64,000 bases of DNA from an uncultured Candidatus Saccharibacteria bacterium (GCA_964596615.1 CAZQUN010000004.1:432-64431), one strand, 5' to 3'; positions 36,773 to 47,378 are shown, numbered from the stretch's first letter. Made by a program: numbers and translations. Notes: generated by a model not told the origin, from the sequence alone.

Positions 36773-37741
36773 ATGCTGCTTAAATTTATAATTACCACCT
36801 CGGTTATTTTTAATTCCCTGACTTTTTTGGCTGATAATATTAAACCTCCTCAGGTTTTTTCTAATTTATCAAAGTATCTTCCCAGAAAAGAAGTAGAAGT
36901 TAAGAAATTGCCTCTTTTACCAGATTGGCAGTTTCAAAAAGCCGCCATTTCCGCCCTTAAACAGGCCAGACCCAATTTTTATCCAATCCGGGATTGGGGG
37001 ATTGAAACCCTTGAAGTTGAAGCCAAATCTGCCCTAATTTTTGATTCAGCCAAGGATAAAGCCCTTTATCAAAAAGAGTCAGATTTGGTTTTGCCAATTG
37101 CCAGTTTGACTAAAATAATGACGGCCTTGGTTGTTTTGGAAAGTATTGATACCGAAGAAATTGTCCTTATTACTGAGAAAGCTATTGCTGGATATGGAGA
37201 CAGAGGCGGATTAGTTCTTAATGAAGAAATCAGTGTTGAAAATCTTCTGTACGCTCTTTTAATGGAATCAAGTAATGATGCCGCCTATGCTTTGGCAGAA
37301 GCAGTTGAATTAAAAACAGAAAGAAGCTTTATTGATTTAATGAATGAAAAATCCAGAGAATTAGGTTTTGAAAAAACTAATTTTACTGACCCAAGCGGAT
37401 ACGAATCAGGCAATGTTTCAACAGTTAGTGAATTAGCCCAATTGGTTGAGTATAGTTTTGGAGAATCCCTGATTTGGCGGATTATGAAAACACCAATGAT
37501 CGAAAAATTTTCTGTTGACAGGGGAGTCCGCCATTTCTGGACAAACACCGATAAATTATTGGCTCGTTTGGATAATGTTGTTGGGGGAAAAACCGGCTAT
37601 ACCGAGGAAGCCGGTGGTTGTCTTATTCTGGTTATTAATCATAACGAAGGGAATTTAATTAGTGTTGTTTTAGGAACAAAAGAAAGATTCTTAGAAACCG
37701 AAAGATTAATTAATTGGGTCCAAGAGGCCTATCAATGGTAG
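36773..37741 (+). CDS. D-alanyl-D-alanine carboxypeptidase (peptidase S11, PBP5/6-like)
   Basis: Has SxxK (ASLTKIM), SxN (SSNDAA) and KTG (KTGYT), with an N-terminal signal/TM segment. Confidence 0.8.
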   Translation: MLLKFIITTSVIFNSLTFLADNIKPPQVFSNLSKYLPRKEVEVKKLPLLPDWQFQKAAISALKQARPNFYPIRDWGIETLEVEAKSALIFDSAKDKALYQKESDLVLPIASLTKIMTALVVLESIDTEEIVLITEKAIAGYGDRGGLVLNEEISVENLLYALLMESSNDAAYALAEAVELKTERSFIDLMNEKSRELGFEKTNFTDPSGYESGNVSTVSELAQLVEYSFGESLIWRIMKTPMIEKFSVDRGVRHFWTNTDKLLARLDNVVGGKTGYTEEAGGCLILVINHNEGNLISVVLGTKERFLETERLINWVQEAYQW

Positions 37742-37742
37742 T

Positions 37743-38792
37743 ATGCCAGACATATTTTTTATCTCACGAATTATGGGATTAGGAGCAATTTCTTTTCTTT
37801 TTGCTTTAGCTTGGACACCTCTCTTGGTTCGTTTCCTTGAAAAGCACAAGATGGGTAAGCAAATTAGAACGGAAGGAGTCCCATACTTTGCCAAACATCA
37901 CGGTAAAAAAGAGGGGACTCCAACTATGGGTGGAATTCTGATCTGGATGACAGTTTTGTTTTTAACTCTGCTTTTCTGGGTTCTAGCCAAAGCCGGGGAT
38001 GGAACCATTTTTCAGAATCTTGATTTTTTAACAAGGAAGGAAACCCTTCTTCCTTTGGGCGCTCTGATTGCCTCAGCCCTGGTTGGTTTAGGAGATGACT
38101 TGTTGGGAATCTTTAAGATTGGTTCCAATGGGGGGGGGCTTAAAATCCGTCATCGTCTCTTAATCTATACCGCTATTGCTGTTTTCGGCGCCTGGTGGTT
38201 CTTTGTTAAGTTGGAATGGGATTTAGTTCATGTTCCTTTTCTGGGAGATTTTAATATCGGCCTTTGGTATATTCTTGTTTTTATCTTTGTTTTGGTTGCG
38301 ACCGCTTTTTCAACAAATCAAACCGATGGACTTGATGGATTAGCCGGTGGAATTCTTTTAATTGGCTTTGCTGCTTACGGGGCAATTGCTTTTTCCCAGG
38401 GCAAAATGGACTTGGCGGCTTTTTGCGGAGTAATTATCGGGGCCCTGTTGGCCTTTCTTTGGTTTAATATTTACCCAGCCAGATTTTTTATGGGCGATAC
38501 CGGATCAATGTCATTGGGAATTACTTTAGGCATTATTGCCATGCTGACAAACTACTTTCTCCTTCTTCCTTTAATCTTTTTCATTCCGGTAGTAGAATCA
38601 GTTTCGACTGCTGTCCAGATACTTTCAAAAAGAATCAGGAAGAAGAAAATATTTCTTTCAGCGCCTATTCATCATCATTTCGAAGCCAAGGGATGGCATG
38701 AGACGAAAATAACTATGCGTTTCTGGATGATTAACGGAACTATGGCAGTGATAGGATTGATTCTTGTTTTTATTGAAGTAATCACAAAGTAA
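37743..38792 (+). CDS. mraY: Phospho-N-acetylmuramoyl-pentapeptide transferase MraY
   Basis: Polytopic membrane protein with the MraY motifs GGILI, DDLLG, NQTDGLDGLAGG and HHHFE. Confidence 0.85.
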   Translation: MPDIFFISRIMGLGAISFLFALAWTPLLVRFLEKHKMGKQIRTEGVPYFAKHHGKKEGTPTMGGILIWMTVLFLTLLFWVLAKAGDGTIFQNLDFLTRKETLLPLGALIASALVGLGDDLLGIFKIGSNGGGLKIRHRLLIYTAIAVFGAWWFFVKLEWDLVHVPFLGDFNIGLWYILVFIFVLVATAFSTNQTDGLDGLAGGILLIGFAAYGAIAFSQGKMDLAAFCGVIIGALLAFLWFNIYPARFFMGDTGSMSLGITLGIIAMLTNYFLLLPLIFFIPVVESVSTAVQILSKRIRKKKIFLSAPIHHHFEAKGWHETKITMRFWMINGTMAVIGLILVFIEVITK

Positions 38793-38793
38793 T

Positions 38794-39888
38794 ATGAAAG
38801 CTCATCAACCAGACTATTTTTTCATCTCAGCTGTTTTTGTTCTGGTTGTTTTTGGTTTAGTTGTTTTATCAAGCGCTTCGGTTGTCATTTCTCAGGAAAC
38901 CTTTGGAGAAAACTACTATTTCCTCAAGCACCAGCTCATTTACGGCCTTTTGATTGGATTAGTTGCTTTTTTTATTATTCAGAGAATTAATTACCGCTTT
39001 TGGCAGAAACTGGCTTTTCCTTTAATGATTTTGGGTTTAGTCCTTTTGGGATTGGTTTTTCTGCCGGGAGTAGGGTATGGCCATGGGGAAGCCAGGCGCT
39101 GGATAGGTTTTGGCCCTTTTTCTATTCAACCTTTTGAATTTATTAAATTAAGCTTTGTTCTCTATTTAGCAGCGCTTTTAAGCAGAAGAGGAGAAAGCAA
39201 AGAAGTAATTAAAGAGAGTTTAATTCCTTTTCTGGTTAGTTTTGTTATTATCAGTATTTTGGTTCTCTTTCAGCCGAATATGAGCGCTTTTATTCTGATA
39301 TCTCTAATTGCCGGCCTAGTCTATTTCCTGGCCGGGGTTAAGTTCTCCCATCTGGTAGCAATGGGGGTATTGGCTTTATCCAGTTTTTTTGTTTTAATAA
39401 AGATAACACCTTATCGGATGAGAAGGTTAACAGTATTTCTTCATCCGGAGATTGATCCGCAGGGAATTGGCTATCAGATTAACCAGGCCCTTTTGGCTAT
39501 TGGTTCAGGCGGCCTTTTCGGATTAGGTCTGGGGCACAGCATTCAAAAGTGGAAGTACCTGCCAGAAGTTATTGGTGATTCCATTTTTGCCGTTATTGCC
39601 GAAGAACTTGGATTAATTGGGGCTGGTCTATTAATTGGTCTATTTGTCTTCCTGTTCTGGCGGGGATTAAAAATTGCTAAAAATGCTCCTGATAAATTTG
39701 GCTATCTTTTAGCCGGCAGTATTACTGGCTGGCTCTTTTTCCAGGTTTTCATCAATATCATGGCTATTTGCGGAATGATTCCTTTGACCGGCATGCCATT
39801 GCCTTTTATCAGTTATGGTGGCAGCGCTTTGGCGGTTTCTCTAACAGCGGTTGGGATAGTAACTAATATATCTAAGTATACGAAGTAA
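38794..39888 (+). CDS. ftsW: SEDS peptidoglycan glycosyltransferase FtsW/RodA
   Basis: Ten TM segments and the SEDS family pattern (PEVIGDSIFAVIAEELGLIG), located in the dcw position. Confidence 0.8.
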   Translation: MKAHQPDYFFISAVFVLVVFGLVVLSSASVVISQETFGENYYFLKHQLIYGLLIGLVAFFIIQRINYRFWQKLAFPLMILGLVLLGLVFLPGVGYGHGEARRWIGFGPFSIQPFEFIKLSFVLYLAALLSRRGESKEVIKESLIPFLVSFVIISILVLFQPNMSAFILISLIAGLVYFLAGVKFSHLVAMGVLALSSFFVLIKITPYRMRRLTVFLHPEIDPQGIGYQINQALLAIGSGGLFGLGLGHSIQKWKYLPEVIGDSIFAVIAEELGLIGAGLLIGLFVFLFWRGLKIAKNAPDKFGYLLAGSITGWLFFQVFINIMAICGMIPLTGMPLPFISYGGSALAVSLTAVGIVTNISKYTK

Positions 39889-39889
39889 T

Positions 39890-40996
39890 ATGAGAATAGT
39901 ATTCACTGGTGGCGGCACTGGCGGACATATTTATCCGATTATTGCCGTAGCCAGACAATTAAAACAAAAACAAATACCCTTAGAAATGATATTTCTGGGA
40001 CCGGCTGGTCCTTATCGTCAGGAATTGGAAAAAGAGGGGATTATTGTTAAATCAGTCCTGGCCGGGAAATTAAGAAGATATTTTTCTATCTGGACGGTTT
40101 TGGATATTTTAAAGTTTCCTCTTGGTTTAATTCAATCCTTCTGGTACTTATTCATCCTGATGCCGGACATCGTCTTTTCTAAAGGGGGATATGGCAGCGT
40201 TCCAGTTACCCTGGTTTCCTGGCTATATTTCATCCCAATTCTTTCCCATGAATCAGATGCTGTTCCGGGATTGGCTAATCGCATTGGAGCATTTTTTTCA
40301 AAAAGAATTGCTCTTTCATTTCAATCGGCTGGAAAATATTTTTCTCCTAAAAAAATCGCTTTGGTTGGTAATCCGATTCGCTCAGAAATTGCTCAAATTT
40401 GTCTTTCAACTGATTCTCAAGAAAAGGAAAAAGGCAAACAACTTTTCAGTATTTCCAGCCAAAAGCCAATTATCCTGATTTTAGGCGGCAGCCAAGGGGC
40501 AGAGAAAATTAATCGATTGGTTTTATCTGTCTTATCTCAACTTTTGGAGAAATATGAGGTCATTCATCAATCCGGTCCAAAGAATTACGAAAAGATAAAG
40601 AATTGGTTAAAGCAAATGCCGGCCAATTACCATCTTTTTCCGTTCTTGGATGAAAATCAGATTGCCCATGCCTATCTCGTTTCTAATCTAATCATTTCCC
40701 GGGCCGGAGCGGGGAGCATTTCAGAAATTGCTATTTGCGGAAAACCAAGTATTTTAATCCCAATTCCAAAGTCTGCTTCTAATCATCAGAGAAAGAACGC
40801 TTTTGCCTATGCCCGGGCTGGAGCAACTTCAGTTTTAGAACAGGATAATTTAACTCCGCACATGCTTCTTAATGAAATTTCAGAAATTGTGGATGACCCG
40901 GAATTAGTTCAGAAGATGTCCCTAAATGCCAGAAACTTTTCTCAACCCGAAGCTGCTCAAAAGATTGCTGAAGAAATATTTGAAATGGGGAAATGA
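39890..40996 (+). CDS. murG: UDP-GlcNAc:undecaprenyl-PP-MurNAc-pentapeptide GlcNAc transferase MurG
   Basis: Has the N-terminal GGTGGHIYP and a C-terminal GT-B fold (GGSQGA). Confidence 0.85.
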   Translation: MRIVFTGGGTGGHIYPIIAVARQLKQKQIPLEMIFLGPAGPYRQELEKEGIIVKSVLAGKLRRYFSIWTVLDILKFPLGLIQSFWYLFILMPDIVFSKGGYGSVPVTLVSWLYFIPILSHESDAVPGLANRIGAFFSKRIALSFQSAGKYFSPKKIALVGNPIRSEIAQICLSTDSQEKEKGKQLFSISSQKPIILILGGSQGAEKINRLVLSVLSQLLEKYEVIHQSGPKNYEKIKNWLKQMPANYHLFPFLDENQIAHAYLVSNLIISRAGAGSISEIAICGKPSILIPIPKSASNHQRKNAFAYARAGATSVLEQDNLTPHMLLNEISEIVDDPELVQKMSLNARNFSQPEAAQKIAEEIFEMGK

Positions 40997-41054
40997 AAAG
41001 CCCTGCTTCCTTTTAATGAGTTTTGGAAGCAGGACCAAATTTTTCCGACTGGCT

Positions 41055-41243
41055 CTATCTTTCTCCTTCTATTGCTTTAAGTATCTTCTCCAAAAGGCAG
41101 AAAACCCCGACGGAGAAGAATAAAGTTGCAATAGAGTAGAATAAAGGAGGGATATAGCCGGTAGAAGGATTACTGAAAAAGTTACCGAGAAAAACGCAAA
41201 AAGCGATAATGCCTGAAACAACATGTGATGTAACAGAAGCCAT
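41055..41243 (-). CDS. Hypothetical small membrane protein
   Basis: 62 aa with 2 TM helices. Confidence 0.25.
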   Translation of the reverse strand: MASVTSHVVSGIIAFCVFLGNFFSNPSTGYIPPLFYSIATLFFSVGVFCLLEKILKAIEGER

Positions 41244-41332
41244 GAAATCACCTCCTATTGAGTGAAATTAAAAGTAATATATTTTTAACAAACCTTATTT
41301 CATTACCCTAATTATATCATACTAATTAAAAT

Positions 41333-42721
41333 ATGTCAATAGAAAGTGGGAAAGAAATCAGAGTTAGAATAGCGCCGAGTCCAACCGGACTGCTACATAT
41401 TGGAACAGCTCGTTCCACTCTTTTTAACTATTTATTCGCCCAACAAAAAAAAGGCAAGTTCATTTTGCGGATAGAGGACACTGATAAAGACCGCTCCAAG
41501 AAAGAATACGAAGAAGATATTATTCAGGGATTAAAATGGCTTGGACTTGATTGGGACGAAGGTCCAATAAGACAAAGCCGAAGAACAGAAATTTACAGAG
41601 AACAGATTAAAAAACTCCTTAATTCAGGAGATGCTTTTTTCTGCGACCACACCAAGGAGGAATTAGACGAAGAAAAAGAAAAGCAGAAAAAGAAAAAACA
41701 AGCCCCAAGACATGTTTGTAATAGAAAGGGGAAAGCCAAAGAGGGGATTATTCGATTCCGGGCGCCCAAAGGAAAAATTACTTTTAATGATTTAATCCGG
41801 GGAAAAATTGAAATTGATGGAGGATTACTAGGAGATTTCAGTATTGCCAAGGATGAAAAAACTCCATTGTATAATTTCAGCGCTGTGATTGATGACGCTC
41901 AAATGAAAATATCTCATGTTATTAGAGGAGAGGACCACCTGCCTAATACTCCTAAACAAATTCTTTTGTACCAGGCCTTAAAATTAGATTTGCCAGAGTT
42001 TGCTCATTTACCTTTAATTTTAGGTCCGGATAGATCTAAAATGAGCAAAAGACACGGGGCAACTTCTGTTGGTCAATACAGAAAAGAAGGATATTTACCA
42101 GAAGCGATTAATAATTTTCTGGCGCTTTTAGGCTGGAATCCTGGAACAGAAAAAGAAATATTTTCAATGGATGAATTAATCAAGGAATTTTCTCTTGAAA
42201 GAGTTCATAAGGGCGGAGCAATTTTCAATCTTGAACGGCTTAACTGGATTAACGGGCAATATATTCGTCAGATGGATTTGGATGAATTAACCAAAAAATG
42301 CCTTGAATATTTTCCTAAAAAAACAGATTTTGAATACGCTAAAAAAATTGTCAAGTTAGAACAGGAAAGAATTAAAAAATTGTCGGAAATAGGGGAATTA
42401 ACTCAATTCTTTTTCAAAGATGAGTTAGATTATGATAAAGAACTTTTAATTTGGAAGGAAACTTCTTTGGAAAAAACTAAAAAGAATCTAGGATTATTAG
42501 CCGAGGAATTGGAGAAAATGGGGGATTTTGACCAAAAATCATTAGAACTAATCTTGATGCCTCTGGCAGAAAAACATGGCCGAGGCGAGCTTCTATGGCC
42601 TCTGAGAGTGGCTTTAACCGGCCAAAAGGCCTCACCCGGACCCTTTGAAGTAATGGAGGTTTTGGGCAAGGAAAAGACGCTAAAACGGATTGAAGAGGGA
42701 GTAAAAAAACTCCGAGAATAA
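41333..42721 (+). CDS. gltX: Glutamyl-tRNA synthetase
   Basis: Has the HIGH motif (HIGTARS), KMSKR, and the GltX N-terminus RVRIAPSPTGLLH. Confidence 0.85.
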   Translation: MSIESGKEIRVRIAPSPTGLLHIGTARSTLFNYLFAQQKKGKFILRIEDTDKDRSKKEYEEDIIQGLKWLGLDWDEGPIRQSRRTEIYREQIKKLLNSGDAFFCDHTKEELDEEKEKQKKKKQAPRHVCNRKGKAKEGIIRFRAPKGKITFNDLIRGKIEIDGGLLGDFSIAKDEKTPLYNFSAVIDDAQMKISHVIRGEDHLPNTPKQILLYQALKLDLPEFAHLPLILGPDRSKMSKRHGATSVGQYRKEGYLPEAINNFLALLGWNPGTEKEIFSMDELIKEFSLERVHKGGAIFNLERLNWINGQYIRQMDLDELTKKCLEYFPKKTDFEYAKKIVKLEQERIKKLSEIGELTQFFFKDELDYDKELLIWKETSLEKTKKNLGLLAEELEKMGDFDQKSLELILMPLAEKHGRGELLWPLRVALTGQKASPGPFEVMEVLGKEKTLKRIEEGVKKLRE

Positions 42722-42768
42722 GACAATGCCTATCCTCGAAGTGGTCGAATAATCGTGGTCAAACAATT

Positions 42769-43359
42769 TTATTCGGGAGGGTTGTTAAAGTGAGGGAACA
42801 GAAAAGGGTTTTTAGAGAATGATTTTGCCGTATCGTTGAAAAATCTTTTTAACCTTGCCGGAAAAAAGATGATTTCAACGGGCGCAAATGTGGGTCCTTT
42901 TGGTCTGCCAAGGCAAAACCCTCGTATAAGACCCTTTGCTTCGGCGGGTGTGGAGGTGAGAAAAGATGTTCCTTTACCCGGAGTGCCCGGAATTGTTACT
43001 TTAAAAGAATCTATTTCATCGTCTTTATTGTTCTCGGGTTCTATTATCACTGTTAGCATTTTTCCCTTCTCTCTGATAAATTTATAGGCAGTGGGTCCTT
43101 CTTGTTGGTGTCTGGCCTTTGCTTCTAGTCCTTGACTAGTAGCAATTCTGTCTGCCACTTCTTCAAACTCAAAAGGAGAAATCGTTTTGGCGCATTCGTC
43201 ATCAGCATCAGTTTCAATTAAGAACTGCCATTCTGGATTTATCCTGACAATTTGAACTCCGAAAAATAACCTGATAAAATCTCCTGGTTTGAGACAGACT
43301 CCACCTTTTTTTATTAATTTTTTCAAAATAGCGGTAGTTTTAGTGATGTTATCAGACAA
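42769..43359 (-). CDS. Hypothetical protein
   Basis: 196 aa with no recognisable motifs. Confidence 0.3.
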   Translation of the reverse strand: MSDNITKTTAILKKLIKKGGVCLKPGDFIRLFFGVQIVRINPEWQFLIETDADDECAKTISPFEFEEVADRIATSQGLEAKARHQQEGPTAYKFIREKGKMLTVIIEPENNKDDEIDSFKVTIPGTPGKGTSFLTSTPAEAKGLIRGFCLGRPKGPTFAPVEIIFFPARLKRFFNDTAKSFSKNPFLFPHFNNPPE

Positions 43360-43437
43360 TTCTACCTCCTTCCTTTTTCTTTCCTTAGATATATTTGTTA
43401 ATATTATTAAGAGCTAGTATAATAAACACAAAGTAGC

Positions 43438-44745
43438 ATGAATAGTAGATTGAGTCAATTTAGTTGGCAGTTTTGGGTTTTGTCTTTAACCCTCCTTTTA
43501 ATATTTCCCATTTTCACCCAGGCAGATTTAATTGACGAGATTAATCAACAAATTAAAGAACGGGAAGGTAAAAGAACGGAACTAGAAAGACAAGCCCAAG
43601 AATACCAGGCAGTTATTAACCAAAAGAGGGGAGAGATTAATACTTTTAGCAATCAGATTGCCATTTTCAATGCTCAGATAAACAAATTGCAGGTGGAAAT
43701 AAATATTACTGAGGATGATGTTTCTCAGACCAAAATAGAGATTATTCAATTAGAATACGGCATTGAGGAAACCGAGGAGGATATAGTTTACCAAAAGGAC
43801 AATCTGGCTGTAATTATTCAGTCAATTGCCGAATATGACCAAACTTCGCAATTGGAAATGATGCTTCAAAGTGATGATTTTTCTGACTTTTTCAGCCAAA
43901 TGACATATTTAGATAATCTTCAAAGCGGTGTCCGGGAAAAAGTTAATAAACTTAAAACCCTGAAAGTAAAATTAGGGCAGGATAAAGAAACAAAAGAAGA
44001 TAAAAAAACCAATTTAGAAAATCTTAAAAGCCAGTTAGATAATCAGAAATGGTCTCTGGCCAGCCAGAGAAATTCCAAAGAAGCTCTTTTAAAATATACC
44101 CAGGGAGAAGAAAAGAAATATCAACAAATGCTGGCTAATATTGAAGCCCAGAAAAAGTCCCTATTAGGCGATTTAAGCAAATTACGCCAGCAAAAAGCAG
44201 AAGAATTAGCCCGATTAAAAGAATTACAGGAAAAACCGCCATCTCAGTATTGGGCTTCAACTAACTGGTATTACCAACAAGATGATCCGACCTGGGCTGA
44301 GACAACCATTGGCTTCAGCCGTTCTGAAATGGGGGACTACGGCTGCGCCGTTAGTAGTGTTGCTATGGTAGCAAGTTATCATGGTAGTTGGATTACACCG
44401 GGACAAATGGCTAAACAACCAATTTTCTATTATGACCTAATTGTCTGGCCAAGGAGCTGGGGGAATATTAGCTGCACTAACTGTCCGCCGCCCCATGTTT
44501 CAACATTTGACTGGTTCCGTTTAGACAGGGAATTAGGAGCCGGCCATCCGGTTATTGTCTTTGTCCGGGCTAATGGCCGGGGAGCCGGACATTATGTTGT
44601 TGTCCATCACAAGACCGATGATGGCAGGTATGTTGTTCATGATCCGCTCTTTGGAGAAAACATCTACTTAGATTCAACCCGAGTCTATATTTCCAATCTT
44701 TACGAAACTAATACATCAATAGACCAAATGGTCATTTATCATTAA
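43438..44745 (+). CDS. Secreted coiled-coil protein with a C-terminal papain-like (C39/CHAP-like) cysteine peptidase domain
   Basis: Has a signal peptide, about 250 aa of coiled coil, then GDYGCAVSSVAMVASYHG ... GHYVVVHHKTDDGRYVVHDP (a Cys ... His dyad). Confidence 0.45.
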   Translation: MNSRLSQFSWQFWVLSLTLLLIFPIFTQADLIDEINQQIKEREGKRTELERQAQEYQAVINQKRGEINTFSNQIAIFNAQINKLQVEINITEDDVSQTKIEIIQLEYGIEETEEDIVYQKDNLAVIIQSIAEYDQTSQLEMMLQSDDFSDFFSQMTYLDNLQSGVREKVNKLKTLKVKLGQDKETKEDKKTNLENLKSQLDNQKWSLASQRNSKEALLKYTQGEEKKYQQMLANIEAQKKSLLGDLSKLRQQKAEELARLKELQEKPPSQYWASTNWYYQQDDPTWAETTIGFSRSEMGDYGCAVSSVAMVASYHGSWITPGQMAKQPIFYYDLIVWPRSWGNISCTNCPPPHVSTFDWFRLDRELGAGHPVIVFVRANGRGAGHYVVVHHKTDDGRYVVHDPLFGENIYLDSTRVYISNLYETNTSIDQMVIYH

Positions 44746-44756
44746 ATATTAAAAAT

Positions 44757-45176
44757 ATGCGATACATCATTTTTTCAATAATATTTTTCCTTCTTTCTTT
44801 TAATTTTGTTTTAGCAGAAGGAATAACACTCCCGAAACAATCAGAAGGTCTTGATAGTTTTTATCAGCAGATCAACAACAAGATTATCTCTCCGGTGAAA
44901 CAAATCTTTGAAGTAATTCCTCAGAGGGCCAAAGAAAGCGCTGATAAAATTATGGAAAGGTTCCAGGATAAAGCAGAACAGAAAAAAGAAGAAATAAAAG
45001 AGGAAATTAAGGAAGAAATCAAACAAGAAAGCAAGGAACAAATCCAGAAAAAGTCAAAATGGGCAGAGGAGACAATTAGAAAATGGCTCTCTCCTCTAAA
45101 AATTAAAATTGAGCAGGGGAGTCAGGTCCTGAGAGGATGGATAGGAAAAGGGATAGATTGGATTAAAAGTTTTTAA
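44757..45176 (+). CDS. Hypothetical secreted protein
   Basis: 139 aa with a signal peptide and KEEIKEEIK repeats. Confidence 0.35.
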   Translation: MRYIIFSIIFFLLSFNFVLAEGITLPKQSEGLDSFYQQINNKIISPVKQIFEVIPQRAKESADKIMERFQDKAEQKKEEIKEEIKEEIKQESKEQIQKKSKWAEETIRKWLSPLKIKIEQGSQVLRGWIGKGIDWIKSF

Positions 45177-45232
45177 TAAAAAAACCGACAGCCAGAGTTA
45201 GGGAATGGGGGAGAGGTTGTCCACAGAAAAAT

Positions 45233-45261
45233 TTGACGGCTATTTAGCCGTGTAATAAAAT
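45233..45261 (+). promoter_or_regulatory. Sigma-70-like promoter upstream of xerC (TTGACG-N17-TAAAAT)
   Basis: The hexamers and their spacing are as stated. Confidence 0.35.
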
Positions 45262-45303
45262 TGTAATATAGTCGGATAATATACCTTAATACACATTAAA
45301 TAT

Positions 45304-46245
45304 ATGGAGAAAAGCAAAAAGCCACTAACTCAACATTTAACTGATTTTTTGGATTGGCTTGATATTGAAAAAGGTTTATCAAATAAATCCCAGGAAAACT
45401 ATTCCCGCTTCCTCAAAAAGTTTGTTGGTTGGTTAGAAGAAAATAACCTAAAGGATTTAAAACCCCATGACCTCTCCCCCGGCCATATTTGGGAATATCG
45501 GGTCTACCTTTCCAGGCATTCAAAAAAACCATTAAAAAAATCTACCCAAAACTATTACTTAATCGCTTTGAGGTCGTTTTTAAACTACTTTGCCGACCGG
45601 GATATCATTTCCCTTCCGGCAGAAAAAATTAAATTATCTAAAGACAAGGGCGAAAAGAAAATTCATTTTTTAACCATAGAACAGGTTGAAAAATTACTCT
45701 CTACTCCTGATACTAATAAAAAGAACGGTCTTCGTGACCGGGCTATCCTGGAAAGCTTGTTTTCAACCGGTTTAAGAATCGCTGAATTAGTTTCTCTGAA
45801 TAGGGATCAGATTCGTATCATTCCCCTAGCCAAAGATTTAGAAATTGGCATTGTTGGCAAAGGAAATCGTCCCAGAACCGTCTATTTCTCCGAGAGAGCC
45901 ATATACTGGCTTGATAAGTATCTTAAAACAAGAAAAGACAATGATAAGGCTCTTTTTGTTAACTATCAAGGTAGAAAAGATGCCCCGAAACGGTTAACAG
46001 ACCGGTCCATTGAAAGAGGTCTTAAAAGATACGCTCTTTTAGCTGGATTGCCTGGAAATACGACTCCCCATACTATTCGTCATTCATTTGCGACTGATCT
46101 TCTTTCCCAGGGCGTTGATTTAAGATTAATCCAGGAATTTTTAGGACACAGCAATATTGCTACGACCCAGATATATGCTCATGTAACAAGTAAAAAACTT
46201 AGAGATGTCCATCGTAAATTTCACGGCGGAAAGGATTTAAAATGA
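45304..46245 (+). CDS. xerC: Tyrosine recombinase XerC/XerD family
   Basis: Has the catalytic region HTIRHSFATDLL ... LGHSNIATTQIYAHV (R-H-R-Y). Confidence 0.85.
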   Translation: MEKSKKPLTQHLTDFLDWLDIEKGLSNKSQENYSRFLKKFVGWLEENNLKDLKPHDLSPGHIWEYRVYLSRHSKKPLKKSTQNYYLIALRSFLNYFADRDIISLPAEKIKLSKDKGEKKIHFLTIEQVEKLLSTPDTNKKNGLRDRAILESLFSTGLRIAELVSLNRDQIRIIPLAKDLEIGIVGKGNRPRTVYFSERAIYWLDKYLKTRKDNDKALFVNYQGRKDAPKRLTDRSIERGLKRYALLAGLPGNTTPHTIRHSFATDLLSQGVDLRLIQEFLGHSNIATTQIYAHVTSKKLRDVHRKFHGGKDLK

Positions 46246-47378
46246 GAATCTCCTATTCCGGGCTGGATACCTTTTCTACCTGTCCGGCAAAATATAAGTT
46301 TCAATATGTTGAACGAATTAAATTTCCTAAGATAAAGGAAGCGGTTTTTGGAACCTTGATTCACGATTGTTTAAAGATGTTCCACGAGCCCGGTCGGCTC
46401 GCTCCCCCAACCGAAGACGAACTTTTACAATACTTTACTAACAAATGGAATCCGGACATCTATTCCGACCAACAGGAGGAAGCTTTTGCTTTTCATCAGG
46501 GAATAGATATTCTTAAAAAATATTTTCTTCAAAACCAAGGACTTGAATTTAATATTATAAACCTGGAAGCGCCTTTTGGAGCGCTCATTTCAGACGGGAA
46601 AGAAATTAATCAAATCACCGGTCGGATTGACCGGATTGATAAACTTCCGGATGGAAGCTTTGAGGTTATTGATTACAAGACAAGCAAAAAAATGCCTGCT
46701 CAGGAGACAGTTGATAAAAACTTCCAACTTTCCGTCTATTATCTCGGTTTAACCAATCGCTGGCCCTCAATTCAGGAACAAAACCGACCAGTTAAATTAT
46801 CCCTCTATTTTTTAAGACATGGCGAGAAACTTTCTGCGACAAGAAACAGCAGTCAAATTAAAGAAACCCAGGAAAGAATCCTGGATTTAATCAGTCAAAT
46901 AAAGATTAGTAATTTTGAACCAAAAGCCAACCCATTATGCAATTGGTGCCAGTATCAGCCCCATTGCCCCTTATACAAACATAAATTTATTACTCCTGAC
47001 TCCCCTGCTCCAGGTGAAAAGAAAATTAAAAAAGTTATCAAAGAATTTTTTGAAATAAAAGAAAAACAAAACCAGGATACAAAAAGAATCGGAGAACTAA
47101 AGGAATTAATTAACCAATACTGTGATGAAAATGATTTAGAACGGGTCTTTGCTGATGAAGGTCATATCACTCGCCTGTCCCAGCAGAGGTTTAGTTATAA
47201 TTTTAATCAGGTTAAAAAGGTTTTAGAGCCAATTGGCAAATGGAATCAGATTTTAACCATAGATACAGCTAAATTCAAAAAAGTGATTGATTCTCTTCCT
47301 TATCAAGAAAAGAAGGAAATAGAAAAGACAAAAACTCTCCAAAGAGAGTTTAAAGTTATTTCCGGGAAGAAACATTAA
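46242..47378 (+). CDS. PD-(D/E)XK nuclease with a C-terminal Cys cluster (Cas4/RecB-nuclease-domain-like)
   Basis: Has the motif EVIDYKTSK and the cysteines CNWCQYQPHCP, plus an N-terminal CP. Overlaps xerC by 4 nt. Confidence 0.5.
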   Translation: MRISYSGLDTFSTCPAKYKFQYVERIKFPKIKEAVFGTLIHDCLKMFHEPGRLAPPTEDELLQYFTNKWNPDIYSDQQEEAFAFHQGIDILKKYFLQNQGLEFNIINLEAPFGALISDGKEINQITGRIDRIDKLPDGSFEVIDYKTSKKMPAQETVDKNFQLSVYYLGLTNRWPSIQEQNRPVKLSLYFLRHGEKLSATRNSSQIKETQERILDLISQIKISNFEPKANPLCNWCQYQPHCPLYKHKFITPDSPAPGEKKIKKVIKEFFEIKEKQNQDTKRIGELKELINQYCDENDLERVFADEGHITRLSQQRFSYNFNQVKKVLEPIGKWNQILTIDTAKFKKVIDSLPYQEKKEIEKTKTLQREFKVISGKKH

